From contig CAVRGP010000011.1 in the NCBI GenBank assembly GCA_963720755.1, forward strand, positions 672,001 through 736,000: DNA of 64,000 bases, written 5' to 3'. Numbering within the stretch: the stretch's first letter is position 1; each line of letters opens with the position of its first letter. This document shows, in pieces, positions 29,598-39,888 of this stretch. Position numbers and translations under genes: made by a program. The notes beneath the pieces are model-generated. The model searched no databases and was not told the DNA's origin. It saw only the letters and a program-made list of their open reading frames with translations. The stretch comes from an uncultured Chloroflexia bacterium. GTDB lineage: Bacteria > Chloroflexota > Limnocylindria > Limnocylindrales > CSP1-4.

Positions 29598-30983
29598 ATG
29601 CCCTACGGCCCACACACCTCGGCCGACCGCGCCCGGATGCTGGACGCTCTCGGGATCGATTCGGTCGATCGGCTGTTCGAGGATATCCCGGTCGAGCTCC
29701 GGGCCTCGGCCATCGATCTGCCGGGACCCGAGCCCGAGCTCGAACTCGCTGCGAGACTGACCGGCCTGGCGGCTCGCAATCGGACCGATCTCGCCTCGTT
29801 CCTGGGGGCCGGCGTCTACCGTCACTGGAGCCCGCCGGTCGTCGACCAACTGCTGCTTCGGGGTGAGTGGTACACGGCCTACACGCCCTATCAACCTGAG
29901 GTCAGCCAGGGCACCCTGCAGAGCATCTACGAATACGAATCGCTCCTGGCGGAACTGGTCGACCTCGACGTCGTCTCGGCATCCCACTACGACGGGGCGG
30001 CAGCGACCGCAGAAGCGGCACTGATGACCTGTCGGGCGACGAAGCGGGAGCGGGTCCTCATCTCGCGGGGCGTTCACCCTCACTACCGTCAGACCACCCA
30101 GACCTACTTCGAAGGTGGCCTCGACCTCGAAGAGGTCCCGCTCGTCACCGACGGTCCGGAGGCAGGGACGACCGACCTCGTCGCCCTCGAGCGGATGCTC
30201 GCGGATCCCGATCGGCCGGTCGCCGGGGTCATCGCCGCCCAGCCCAACTTTCTCGGCCTCCTGGAGCCCATGGCCGAGATCGGTGCCCTGGCCCATGCGG
30301 CCACTGCGCTGTTCGTCTCCGTCATCGAGCCGGTCAGTCTCGGGGTCCTGGCCCCACCGGGCTCGTACGGGGCCGATATCGCCGCCGGCGAGGGCCAGCC
30401 ACTCGGGATCGCGCCGCAGTACGGCGGACCGTATCTCGGGATCCTGGCCTCCACGGATGCGCTGGTCCGTCAGATCCCTGGCCGGCTCGTCGGGATGACC
30501 ACCGACCTCGAGGGGCGGCGCGCCTTCGTCATGACGATGCGAGCCCGCGAGCAGGACATCCGACGCGACAAGGCCGCCAGCAATATCTGCACGAACCAGG
30601 CCCTTCTGGCCCTGGCAGCATCCATCTACCTCGCGACGATCGGTCCTCGTGGGTTACGCGATGTCGCGACCCTCGGTGCCGCCCGCGCGGCCGAACTGGA
30701 ATCGGCCCTGGCGGCCGTCGGCGTCGAGCGTCTGCACCGCGGTGCCTATCTGAACGAGTTCGTCATCCGCGTGCCCGATGCCGGGACGGTCCACCGTCGC
30801 CTGCTCGATGCCGGGATCCTCGCCGGCCTCGTCCTGTCCGACGCCGAGCCGGACGATCCGAGCCTGGCCGACGGTCTCCTGGTCTGTGCGACGGAGGTCA
30901 CCACCTCCGCAGAGATCGCCCAATTCACCGGCGCCCTGGCCGGCCTTCTCGACCATGCCGAGATCCCCGTGACCGCCCGATGA
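29598..30983 (+). CDS. gcvPA: Glycine dehydrogenase subunit 1
   Basis: FLGAG, YTAYTPYQPEVSQG and REQDIRRDKAASNICTNQ motifs. Confidence 0.96.
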   Translation: MPYGPHTSADRARMLDALGIDSVDRLFEDIPVELRASAIDLPGPEPELELAARLTGLAARNRTDLASFLGAGVYRHWSPPVVDQLLLRGEWYTAYTPYQPEVSQGTLQSIYEYESLLAELVDLDVVSASHYDGAAATAEAALMTCRATKRERVLISRGVHPHYRQTTQTYFEGGLDLEEVPLVTDGPEAGTTDLVALERMLADPDRPVAGVIAAQPNFLGLLEPMAEIGALAHAATALFVSVIEPVSLGVLAPPGSYGADIAAGEGQPLGIAPQYGGPYLGILASTDALVRQIPGRLVGMTTDLEGRRAFVMTMRAREQDIRRDKAASNICTNQALLALAASIYLATIGPRGLRDVATLGAARAAELESALAAVGVERLHRGAYLNEFVIRVPDAGTVHRRLLDAGILAGLVLSDAEPDDPSLADGLLVCATEVTTSAEIAQFTGALAGLLDHAEIPVTAR

Positions 30984-32476
30984 CGGTCGTCGGCGATCGG
31001 CTGCAACCGACCCTGTTCGAGCGAAGTCGGCCCGGGCGCGGTGGCGGCAAGTTCCCCGAGCCGCCGAAGGGTGCCCTCGATCGCATCCCGGCGGAGGCCC
31101 GGCGGACCGTCGCACCGAGGCTGCCCGAGTTGAACGAACTCGAGGTCGTCCGTCACTACGTCAACCTGTCGCAGCTCAATTACTCGATCGACACCGGCTT
31201 CTATCCGCTCGGCTCCTGCACGATGAAGTTCAACCCGAAACTCAACGAATGGGCGGCGCGACTGACGGGCTTCGCTCAGCTCCATCCGATGGCGCCGGAC
31301 GTGACCGCCCAGGGGACCCTGGAGCTGCTGTGGGAGCTCGAGCAGGCCCTGGCCACGATCTCCGGGATGCGCGCCGTGACCCTCCAGCCCGCCGCGGGGG
31401 CGCAGGGGGAGCTGACCGGGATCCTGATGATCCGGGCCCACCACCGGGCCACCGGGCAGGCGGATCGCGACGAAGTCCTGGTGCCCGATTCGAGCCACGG
31501 GACCAACCCGGCAACGGCGACGATGGCCGGCTACCGGACGATCACCGTGCCATCGGCGGAAGATGGCGGCGTCGACATCGACGCGTTCAAGGCCGCCCTG
31601 GGTCCCCGCACCGCCGCGGTGATGATCACCAACCCGTCGACACTCGGTCTGTTCGAGGCGCGGATCGGCGAACTCCTCGAGGCGGTCCATGCGGCCGGCG
31701 CACTCGCCTACATGGATGGCGCAAACCTCAACGCGATCATGGGCCGGTTCAAGCCGGGTGAAGCCGGCTTCGACGTCATGCATTTCAACGTCCACAAGAC
31801 CTTCTCGACCCCGCATGGCGGCGGCGGCCCGGGGGCGGGTCCGGTCGGCGTCGGGGCAACGCTCGAGCCGTACCTGCCGACACCACGGGTCCTTCGGGAC
31901 GCGGACGGCTCCTTCCGCCTCGAGCGGCGGGATGAGCGCCCGACCTCGATCGGCCGGATGCGCAGCTTCGTCGGCAATACCGGGGTCCTGGTGCGGGCGT
32001 ACGCCTATATCTGCGCGCACGGGGCATCGGGCCTGCGCGAGGTCAGCGACGATGCCGTCCTGGCGGCAAACTACCTCAAGGCCCGGCTGGCCGGGACCTA
32101 TGACATCCCATATGACCGGCCCTGCAAGCACGAGTTCGTTGCCTCGGCCGCGACGATCAAGGCGCGGACCGGTGTGCGCACCCTCGATATCGCCAAGCGA
32201 CTGATCGACTACGGCTACCATCCGCCGACGATCTACTTCCCCCTCATCGTCGAGGAGGGGATGCTGATCGAACCGACCGAGACGGAATCGGTCGAGACCC
32301 TCGACGCCTTCGCCGATGCGCTCATCGCGATCGCAGCCGAGGCCGACACGAGCCCGGACCTTGTCACCGGCGCACCGCACGACGCCCCGGTCCGCCGGCT
32401 CGATGAGGCCGCGGCCGCCCGGCACCCGAACCTGCGCTGGCGCCCGACTGCCGCGGCGGAGGGGGTCGAGGACTGA
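30980..32476 (+). CDS. gcvPB: Glycine dehydrogenase subunit 2
   Basis: YPLGSCTMKFNP, HGTNPAT and HFNVHKTFSTPHGGGGPG motifs. Confidence 0.96.
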   Translation: MTVVGDRLQPTLFERSRPGRGGGKFPEPPKGALDRIPAEARRTVAPRLPELNELEVVRHYVNLSQLNYSIDTGFYPLGSCTMKFNPKLNEWAARLTGFAQLHPMAPDVTAQGTLELLWELEQALATISGMRAVTLQPAAGAQGELTGILMIRAHHRATGQADRDEVLVPDSSHGTNPATATMAGYRTITVPSAEDGGVDIDAFKAALGPRTAAVMITNPSTLGLFEARIGELLEAVHAAGALAYMDGANLNAIMGRFKPGEAGFDVMHFNVHKTFSTPHGGGGPGAGPVGVGATLEPYLPTPRVLRDADGSFRLERRDERPTSIGRMRSFVGNTGVLVRAYAYICAHGASGLREVSDDAVLAANYLKARLAGTYDIPYDRPCKHEFVASAATIKARTGVRTLDIAKRLIDYGYHPPTIYFPLIVEEGMLIEPTETESVETLDAFADALIAIAAEADTSPDLVTGAPHDAPVRRLDEAAAARHPNLRWRPTAAAEGVED

Positions 32477-32532
32477 CAGGCCCCAGGGCGCGGAACGGAC
32501 ATCCTCGCCGAACGCGCTAGGATGTCGCGGAC

Positions 32533-33465
32533 ATGAGGACTACCGTGCGAACCGGCCGACTGGGGACCCTCGTCGTGGCCGGTACCGTGATCTCCCTGGC
32601 GTTCCTGATCTCTGGCTGCGGTGGCGCGCCGGCCGGCGGGGCCGGCTGGACATTCGGCCCGACGCTGGCCCCGGCCGCAACGTCGACCAGCCCGGCCAGT
32701 GCGGTCCCGAGCCAGGCGACCCCGAGCCAGGCGGCAGCGAGCCCGGTTCCGGCCAGCCCGGCCGCCACGCCCGTTCCCGCAAGCCCGTCGGCCACGTCCT
32801 CGCCCGTGCTCTCGACGCCGGGTCCGGGTGAGACCCCGAAGGCCTTCAGTGGCCGGATGACGCCGCAGGTGATCCTCCACGACGGCTACGTCTCGATGTA
32901 CATGGACCTGGAGAACACCGGCAGCGAGCCGTTGACCTTCCTGAACACCCTGTATGACATCGAGCCAGACAAGCTCTATGCGCCGGTCGTCGATTTCCCG
33001 TGGACGACGGGCGAGACGGCGGTGTACACGCGGCAGGGCCGGTTCTTCCCGAGTCCGGCGATCGTGCAGCCGGGCGACCGGGCCGTCTACGTGATGGGCG
33101 GGATGGAGGCGCGTGGAAATGGTCAGCTCGCCCAGCCGGTCGCCAATATCAAGTTCTGCCCGACGCGGGGGATGGATGACACCCCGTCACTCCCGGTGCA
33201 GGTGGACGGGGTCACCTGGTCGACGACGGGTGGGGTCACGTCGGTCTCGGGGACACTGGTCCAGACGAGCGGTCCGCAGCGAGTCGATCCGCCGGTCGTC
33301 GCGGTCGCGTTCTTTGACGCGAGCGGAGCCTTCGTGGGCGCCGTGGTCGGCTCACGGGTGGGCGATCACCTGGTCCCGGGCGAGGTCACGCCATTTGCGA
33401 TCGAGGGACGTGGGGTGGAGACCGACCGGATCGTTCGAGCGGAGGCCTACGCGTTCGTTTCGTGA
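32533..33465 (+). CDS. Hypothetical lipoprotein with probable FxLYD-like Ig domain(s)
   Basis: Lipobox LISGC, P/A/S/T linker, C-terminal VSGTL...VAVAFFDASGAFVG...LVPGEVTPF. Confidence 0.75.
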   Translation: MRTTVRTGRLGTLVVAGTVISLAFLISGCGGAPAGGAGWTFGPTLAPAATSTSPASAVPSQATPSQAAASPVPASPAATPVPASPSATSSPVLSTPGPGETPKAFSGRMTPQVILHDGYVSMYMDLENTGSEPLTFLNTLYDIEPDKLYAPVVDFPWTTGETAVYTRQGRFFPSPAIVQPGDRAVYVMGGMEARGNGQLAQPVANIKFCPTRGMDDTPSLPVQVDGVTWSTTGGVTSVSGTLVQTSGPQRVDPPVVAVAFFDASGAFVGAVVGSRVGDHLVPGEVTPFAIEGRGVETDRIVRAEAYAFVS

Positions 33466-33493
33466 CCCATACGAACGCTTGTTAGGTTCGAAG

Positions 33494-33522
33494 TTGACAG
33501 TCGGCGAAACCCTGTGGATAGT
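33494..33522 (+). promoter_or_regulatory. sigma70-type promoter of the first peptide ABC operon
   Basis: TTGACA (33494-33499), 17 bp spacer, GATAGT (33517-33522). Confidence 0.55.
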
Positions 33523-33693
33523 ACCCGCAGCGCACCGACCCGACTTGTGCTGTCGTTGCTACTCGACCGTGGGCTGCTCCGAGCGGGAGGCTCGTACCGG
33601 ACCGCGACCGACACGCTGCGACGTTCATGGCACAGGCGAAACGCGGTAGCGAGAGAACGTCATCGGGTAAGCACCCGTTTCGGAGGAGAATCC

Positions 33694-35406
33694 ATGCGCA
33701 AACGCCTTCTAGGCATCATGGCGAGCGCCGCGGTCATCGCGGCAGCTTGTGGCGGTTCCACCGCCACGACGGCGCCGGTCACCTCGACCGAGCCCGGGTC
33801 GTCAACGCCCGCTGAGACGCCGGCTCCCACCACGGACATGGCGGCTGACCAGATCTTCAACATCGATCTCGGCAACGAGCCGCCGACCCTGGACCCGACG
33901 CTGGCCCAGGACTCGACCTCGATCGCCGTGCTCCACGCCCTCACCCGGCCGCTCGTCTACTTCGACAAGGACCTCAAGGTCGTCCCGGAGCTGGCCGAGT
34001 CGTACGACGTCTCGACCGACGCCAAGACGATCACCTTCCACCTGCGTGACGCCAAGTACAGCGACGGCAATCCGATCGTCGCCGGTGACCTCGTCTACAG
34101 CTGGAAGCGGCTGGTCGATCCTCGCACTGCGGCCCCGTACAGCTACGTGACCCAGGAGATCGATGGCGCACCGGACCTGCTGGCGATGGCCGGCGAGGAC
34201 CCGCTCCCGTCTGACGCAGACATCACCGCCGCACTCGACAAGCTCGGTGTCGCGGCGCCGGACGACAAGACCTTCGTGGTCACCCTGAACACCCCGGCGA
34301 CCTACTTCCTGTCGGCCGCGGCCCTGTGGGTCTTCGCGCCGATCGAGGAATCGTGGATCACCAGCACCGGTGCGACCGAGGCCGGCAACTATGTCAGCTC
34401 CGGCCCGTACATCCTGGACACCTGGAACCACAACAGCGAGATCGTCCTCAAGCCGAACCCGAACTGGTACGGCGAGACCAAGTCCACCCTGACCGAGATC
34501 CACATGTCGATGACCGCCGAGCCGGCGCAGGCGCAAGCCGCGTTCGAGGCTGGCGAGCTTGACATGGTGGCCCCGCCGACCGAGGACATCCGGCGCATCC
34601 AGGACGATCCGATCCTGAGCCCGCAGGTCCTCCAGCAGCCGACCTTCTCGATCTACTACTTCGACTACAACAACACCAAGGGCCCGACGACCAACAAGGA
34701 CTTCCGGATCGCGCTGACCCAGGCCATCGACAAGCAGGGCCTGATCGATGCGACCTTCTCCGGCGTCGGAGCCGTCGCCAACAGCTTCGTGATGCCCGGT
34801 ATCCCCGGATATCAGGCTGACCTGGATCCCTATCCGTACGATGTCGCCGCCGCCAAGGAACACATGACCACGGCCCTCGCGGCCCTGGGTGTGGCTTCGG
34901 TCGCGGACCTCGGCAAGATCTCCGTGGGCTTCAACTCGGGCTCCGGCCACGAGACCAAGGTGGCCTACATGGCCGAGGCCTGGCGACAGGCGTTCGGTCT
35001 TGAGACCGAGCAGATCGGCAGCGAGTGGAGCGTCTTCCTGACCCAGCGTCAGGCCGGCGACTACACGATCGCCCGAGATGGTTGGGGTGCGGACTACCCG
35101 CATGCCAACAACCAGCTCAACGGCATCTTCACCTGCGGTGGCGGGAACAACGCCAGCCAGTACTGCAACCCGGCCTTCGACGCGCTCATCGCCCAGGCGG
35201 CGAGCGAGCCTGACCAGGACAAGCAGGTTGCGCTGTACAACCAGGCCCAGACGATGCTGTTCGGAGATGCTGCGGTCCTGCCGCTGCGCTTCGGCCTGGC
35301 AACCTATGAGATCGCGCCGTACGTGGGTGGTGTCATCCCGACTGGCTCGGACTCGCAGCTGCCGGGTGACCTGTTCTACGAAAACATCTACATCAAGGCT
35401 CACTAG
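33694..35406 (+). CDS. oppA: Oligopeptide ABC substrate-binding lipoprotein
   Basis: Lipobox IAAAC, EPPTLDP, AKYSDGNPIVAGDLVYSWKRLVDP, SSGPY and GWGADY motifs; RBS GGAGG. Confidence 0.93.
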   Translation: MRKRLLGIMASAAVIAAACGGSTATTAPVTSTEPGSSTPAETPAPTTDMAADQIFNIDLGNEPPTLDPTLAQDSTSIAVLHALTRPLVYFDKDLKVVPELAESYDVSTDAKTITFHLRDAKYSDGNPIVAGDLVYSWKRLVDPRTAAPYSYVTQEIDGAPDLLAMAGEDPLPSDADITAALDKLGVAAPDDKTFVVTLNTPATYFLSAAALWVFAPIEESWITSTGATEAGNYVSSGPYILDTWNHNSEIVLKPNPNWYGETKSTLTEIHMSMTAEPAQAQAAFEAGELDMVAPPTEDIRRIQDDPILSPQVLQQPTFSIYYFDYNNTKGPTTNKDFRIALTQAIDKQGLIDATFSGVGAVANSFVMPGIPGYQADLDPYPYDVAAAKEHMTTALAALGVASVADLGKISVGFNSGSGHETKVAYMAEAWRQAFGLETEQIGSEWSVFLTQRQAGDYTIARDGWGADYPHANNQLNGIFTCGGGNNASQYCNPAFDALIAQAASEPDQDKQVALYNQAQTMLFGDAAVLPLRFGLATYEIAPYVGGVIPTGSDSQLPGDLFYENIYIKAH

Positions 35407-35424
35407 TCGCCACCGGCGATTGAT

Positions 35425-35458
35425 CGCTGGGTGGCCGGCTTCGGCCGGCCACCCAGCG
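35425..35458 (+). terminator. 15-bp hairpin with UUCG loop after oppA (mRNA-stabilising or attenuating stem)
   Basis: CGCTGGGTGGCCGGC-TTCG-GCCGGCCACCCAGCG. Confidence 0.7.
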
Positions 35459-35502
35459 CCTTACCCATTCCAATCCACGATCATCGATAGCTACGTGATG
35501 CC

Positions 35503-36420
35503 GTGATCACCTACATCGCTCGACGCTTCCTCTGGATCATCCCGGTCCTGTTCGTGGTGTCGGTCATCACGTTCACGCTGATGCACTCAGTGCCCGGCGG
35601 TCCCTGGGATCGCGAGAAGTCGCTCCCGGCCGCGACCGTCTCCCGCTTGAATGCCAAATACGGACTCGACGATCCGATCTACGTCCAGTACATCAACTGG
35701 GCCGGTAACTTCCTCCAGGGCAACCTCGGCCCGTCCTATCGGTACGTCGACCGCTCGGTCAACGACATCGTCGCGGACGGGATCTGGACGACCGTGCAGC
35801 TCGGGGTCATGGCGTTCCTGCTGGCCGTCATGGTCGGCATCCCGCTCGGGATCTTCGCCGCGCTCGGGCATAACCGCGGCCCGGACTACGTTTCCACGAG
35901 CATCTCCATCATCGGCATCTCCACGCCCAGTTTCGTGCTGTCCATCCTGCTCATCGTGTTCTTCGCGGTGCAATTACGGTGGTTCCCGACCGGCGGGTGG
36001 AAGGGTCCGGAGTACTGGGTCCTGCCGACGATCGCCCTGGCCGGGTTCCCGATCGCGGTCATCGCCCGGTATACCCGAGCCTCGATGCTCGAGGTGACCC
36101 GGAAGGACTACATCCGGACGGCCCAGAGCAAGGGCCTCCGCGAGCAGGCCGTGGTCACCCGCCACATGATCCGCAACGCGCTCATCCCGGTCGTGACGAT
36201 CCTTGGTCCGACCCTCGCCTTCCTGGTGACCGGCTCGTTCATCATCGAGACCATCTTCGGCATCCCCGGCGTCGGCCGCTTCTACATCACGGCGATCGGC
36301 ACCCGGGACTACGGCCTGCTGATGGCGATGACGATGCTGTATGCCTTCGCGGTGGCGTTCCTCAATGTCGTGGTCGATGTCCTGTATGCGTACATCGACC
36401 CGCGCATCCGGTATAGCTAG
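35503..36420 (+). CDS. oppB: Oligopeptide ABC permease
   Basis: PGGPW, YIRTAQSKGL, HMIRNAL and YAYIDPRI motifs. Confidence 0.93.
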   Translation: MITYIARRFLWIIPVLFVVSVITFTLMHSVPGGPWDREKSLPAATVSRLNAKYGLDDPIYVQYINWAGNFLQGNLGPSYRYVDRSVNDIVADGIWTTVQLGVMAFLLAVMVGIPLGIFAALGHNRGPDYVSTSISIIGISTPSFVLSILLIVFFAVQLRWFPTGGWKGPEYWVLPTIALAGFPIAVIARYTRASMLEVTRKDYIRTAQSKGLREQAVVTRHMIRNALIPVVTILGPTLAFLVTGSFIIETIFGIPGVGRFYITAIGTRDYGLLMAMTMLYAFAVAFLNVVVDVLYAYIDPRIRYS

Positions 36421-36431
36421 GAGGCCGCGAC

Positions 36432-37376
36432 TTGGCCACGAACACGACGGTCGTCCAGGGTCGACTGGCAGAACCCAAGGCGTCGGCCGGCCCCTGGCGC
36501 GAGGCTGCCGGCCGCTTGTTCAAGAACAAGCTCGCGATCGTCGGGCTGGTCCTCGTCTCGCTCCTCCTGTTCGCCGGGATCTTCGGACCGTTCCTTGCGC
36601 CGTGGCCGTATCAGGTCCAGGATCTGCAGGCGATCTTCGCCAACGGCGGTCGGCCCCTTCCGCCCCTCTCGCCGAACCACATCCTCGGGACGGACCAGCT
36701 CGGACGTGACCTGCTCAGCCGCCTCCTCGATGGTGCCCGGATCAGCGTGACCGTCGCGTTCGTCGTCCAGATGGTCATCATCTTCATCGGCGTCCCGCTG
36801 GGCGCGCTGGCAGGCTGGTATGCCGGACTCATGGATAGCGCCGTGATGCGCTTCACCGATGTCATCTACGCATTCCCGGATCTGCTGTTCATCATCCTGC
36901 TCTCGGTCGTCTTCCGGGAGACCCCGTTCGGCCAGGCCCTGGACGGCCTGTTCCTGGTCTTCGTGGCCATCGGCCTGACGTCATGGGTCACGGTCGCCCG
37001 GCTCACCCGTGGCCAGTTACTGTCGTTGAAGGAGACCGAGTACGTCGAGGCGGCGAGAGCCATCGGCGTCAGCGACCGCAAGATCGTGCAGCGCCATCTC
37101 CTGCCCAATGGGATGGGCCCGATCATCGTCGCGATCACGCTCGGGATCCCGACCGCGATCCTGGCCGAAGCGACCCTCGCCTACATCGGCATCGGCGTCC
37201 AGCCACCGCGCGCCTCATGGGGCAGCCTCATCGCCGAGGGTCAGAAGTCGATCCGCTCGGATCCGCATCTCGTGACCTTCCCGGCGATCTGCATCGCGCT
37301 TGCCCTCATCGGATTCACCTTCCTGGGTGACGGACTCCGGGACGCCCTGGACCCGAAGCTCAAGGGAAAGCAGTAG
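36432..37376 (+). CDS. oppC: Oligopeptide ABC permease
   Basis: LGTDQLGRD, EYVEAARAIG and LGDGLRDALDP motifs; TTG start after AGGAGG. Confidence 0.93.
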   Translation: MATNTTVVQGRLAEPKASAGPWREAAGRLFKNKLAIVGLVLVSLLLFAGIFGPFLAPWPYQVQDLQAIFANGGRPLPPLSPNHILGTDQLGRDLLSRLLDGARISVTVAFVVQMVIIFIGVPLGALAGWYAGLMDSAVMRFTDVIYAFPDLLFIILLSVVFRETPFGQALDGLFLVFVAIGLTSWVTVARLTRGQLLSLKETEYVEAARAIGVSDRKIVQRHLLPNGMGPIIVAITLGIPTAILAEATLAYIGIGVQPPRASWGSLIAEGQKSIRSDPHLVTFPAICIALALIGFTFLGDGLRDALDPKLKGKQ

Positions 37377-37379
37377 CTG

Positions 37380-38483
37380 GTGAACGCCCAGGAAGACGTA
37401 CCCGCCGGCGAACGCCCAACGATCATCGAACTCTCGCCCGAGGACGTCCTGCGCGAGCGCAAAGCGGAGGTCGTCGAGGCAGCCGTAGGGCAGAAGGCGG
37501 CCCACCTGCTCGAGGTCCGCGGCCTGTCGACCCACTTCTTCACGCCCGACGGCGTCGTGCAGGCGGTCGACGACGTCAACTTCGATGTCGGATACGGCGA
37601 GACGCTCGGCCTCGTCGGCGAATCCGGTTGTGGCAAGAGCGTCACCGCCCTGTCGATCGCCCGCCTGGTCGCCGACCCACCCGGCAAGATCGTCTCCGGT
37701 TCGATCGCGTTCGATGGGATCGACGTCCTGAAACTCAGCGGCGACGATATGCGCAAGCTTCGCGGGAAGGAGATCGGGTTCATCTTCCAGGACCCGCTGA
37801 CCAGTCTCAATCCGACCTTGACCATCGGCTACCAGATCGGTGAATCGATCCGTGAACACCTCGGGTTGTCCACGAAGGCGGCTCGGGACCGGATCACCGA
37901 TCTGCTCGCGAAAGTGGGCATCCCGCGGCCGGCCGAACGGCTGAACGACTACCCGCACCAGTTCTCCGGCGGCATGCGCCAGCGGGTGATGATCGCCATC
38001 GCCCTGTCGTGCGATCCGAAGCTGATCCTGGCCGACGAACCGACGACGGCGCTTGACGTGACCATCCAGGCGCAGATCCTCGAACTGATCCAGCGACTGT
38101 CCTCCGAGTTCGGGACGGCCGTTCTGCTCATCACCCACGACCTCGGGATCGCAGCGGGGATGTGCGATCGAGTCAACGTCATGTACGCCGGCCGGATCGT
38201 CGAGACCGGCACGGTCGACACGTTGTTCGAAAACCCGCGGATGCCCTACGCCTGGGGTCTGCTCGATTCGCTTCCGCGGATCGACGACGTCCGTGGCGAT
38301 CGCCTGCGGACGATCGAGGGTCTGCCACCGTTGTTGATCGATCCACCGGACGCGTGTCGGTTCAACCCGCGCTGTAGCTATGCCCGCGACGTGTGCCGCA
38401 GTTCAGAGCCCGCGTTGAACGAGCGCGATCCGGGGCATTGGGCCCGTTGCTGGGCGACGGAACCCGGGGGGTGGATCGAATGA
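37380..38483 (+). CDS. oppD: Oligopeptide ABC ATPase
   Basis: [25 protein letters not shown] and Cys-rich C-terminal domain. Confidence 0.93.
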   Translation: MNAQEDVPAGERPTIIELSPEDVLRERKAEVVEAAVGQKAAHLLEVRGLSTHFFTPDGVVQAVDDVNFDVGYGETLGLVGESGCGKSVTALSIARLVADPPGKIVSGSIAFDGIDVLKLSGDDMRKLRGKEIGFIFQDPLTSLNPTLTIGYQIGESIREHLGLSTKAARDRITDLLAKVGIPRPAERLNDYPHQFSGGMRQRVMIAIALSCDPKLILADEPTTALDVTIQAQILELIQRLSSEFGTAVLLITHDLGIAAGMCDRVNVMYAGRIVETGTVDTLFENPRMPYAWGLLDSLPRIDDVRGDRLRTIEGLPPLLIDPPDACRFNPRCSYARDVCRSSEPALNERDPGHWARCWATEPGGWIE

Positions 38484-39760
38484 CCGCGACCGCGACACCG
38501 CCGACCGCGAAGCCGGTCCGACCGCATGACCCGACCAACCTCGTCGAAGTCGACGACCTCAAGGTCCACTTCCCGATCCGGTCGGGGATCTTCAAGACGG
38601 AGAAGGGCAGCGTCAAGGCGATCGACGGCGTCACCCTGGACGTCCGTCGCGGCGAGACGCTCGGCCTGGTCGGTGAGTCCGGCTGCGGCAAGAGCACGAT
38701 CGGTCGGGCGATGATCCGCCTTCGCGAGGCGACCGCCGGAACGGTCCGGTTCGACGGTGTGGACCTGACCTCGGTCAGCCCGGACGAACTGCGACGGATG
38801 CGTCGTCGGATGCAGATCATCTTCCAGGACCCGTACGGGTCGCTGGATCCGCGGATGTCGGTCGGGGCGATCATCAGTGAGCCGCTCGACACCCACCACC
38901 TTGCCGATGGTCAGGCGAAGGTCGACCGGGTCGCTGAACTGCTCGAACTCGTGGGACTCGACCCCAACTACGTGCGTCGCTATCCGCACGAGTTCTCGGG
39001 TGGCCAGCGACAGCGGATCGGCGTCGCGAGGGCATTGGCCGTCGAGCCGGAGTTCATCGTCTGCGACGAACCGATCTCGGCGCTCGACGTGTCGATCCAG
39101 GCGCAGGTCCTGAACTTGCTCACCGACCTCCGCTCGAGCCTTGGCCTGACCTACCTGTTCGTGGCACACGACCTGTCCGTGGTGAAGCACATCAGCGATC
39201 GCGTCGCGGTCATGTATCTCGGCAAGATCGTCGAAGTCGGACCGCCGGACGTGCTGTACGGCGCGCCCGGGCATCCGTATAGCCGGGCCTTGCTTTCGGC
39301 GGTCCCGGTTCCTGATCCGGTCGCCGAGCGGCGACGAAAGCGGGTGATCCTCAAGGGTGATGTGCCGAGTCCGGTGAACCCACCGCCCGGCTGCCGGTTC
39401 CATACGCGGTGCTGGCTGTACGAGCAGCTCGGCGAACCCGAGGAGTGCCGGACGATCGACCCGGAGCTTGCCGTCGTGGCCGGGAATACCGACCACATGG
39501 CTGCCTGTCACTACACCCATGAGGCCCTCAAGACGGACGTCGGGATCGCCCACATCGATGCGACGCTCGTCCGGCGGGGGACGCCGGCCAATGCGCTGGC
39601 GATGCTGTCCGCCGCCGATGGGGCCTCCGGTCCCGGACTCGAGTCGCCGGCGTTCGGCGACATGCCGGAGTCGGCGGCGAAGACGTCGGCGACCGACGGG
39701 TTCGCCGTGGAGGATCCAGCGTCGACGTCGACCCCGACCGACCGCCTGGACCCATTCTAG
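38480..39760 (+). CDS. oppF: Oligopeptide ABC ATPase
   Basis: [26 protein letters not shown] and CRFHTRC motifs. Confidence 0.93.
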   Translation: MTATATPPTAKPVRPHDPTNLVEVDDLKVHFPIRSGIFKTEKGSVKAIDGVTLDVRRGETLGLVGESGCGKSTIGRAMIRLREATAGTVRFDGVDLTSVSPDELRRMRRRMQIIFQDPYGSLDPRMSVGAIISEPLDTHHLADGQAKVDRVAELLELVGLDPNYVRRYPHEFSGGQRQRIGVARALAVEPEFIVCDEPISALDVSIQAQVLNLLTDLRSSLGLTYLFVAHDLSVVKHISDRVAVMYLGKIVEVGPPDVLYGAPGHPYSRALLSAVPVPDPVAERRRKRVILKGDVPSPVNPPPGCRFHTRCWLYEQLGEPEECRTIDPELAVVAGNTDHMAACHYTHEALKTDVGIAHIDATLVRRGTPANALAMLSAADGASGPGLESPAFGDMPESAAKTSATDGFAVEDPASTSTPTDRLDPF

Positions 39761-39888
39761 GAAAGCACTCGCAGACCCGATCGCCACAGAGCGTCCACGG
39801 CGACGCCAAGGTATCCTGTGGCCCGTTCGGTCGCCCACCGCGGATCGATGACGATCCGGGCGGCGGGGGCCATGGAGGAGGAGAGTCT

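Noticed and set aside
32690-32830. Short tandem repeats (also 45995-46045)
   Set aside because: They encode Pro/Ala/Ser linkers; there is no repeat-spacer array and no cas genes.
33472-33490. LexA-like box CGAAC-GCTT-GTTAG upstream of oppA
   Set aside because: Mismatch in the conserved right half-site and an implausible target.
33629-33652. Resemblance to a c-di-GMP-I riboswitch (GCACAGG...AAAC...GGTAGCG)
   Set aside because: Too short; the P2 tetraloop and P3 receptor architecture are missing.
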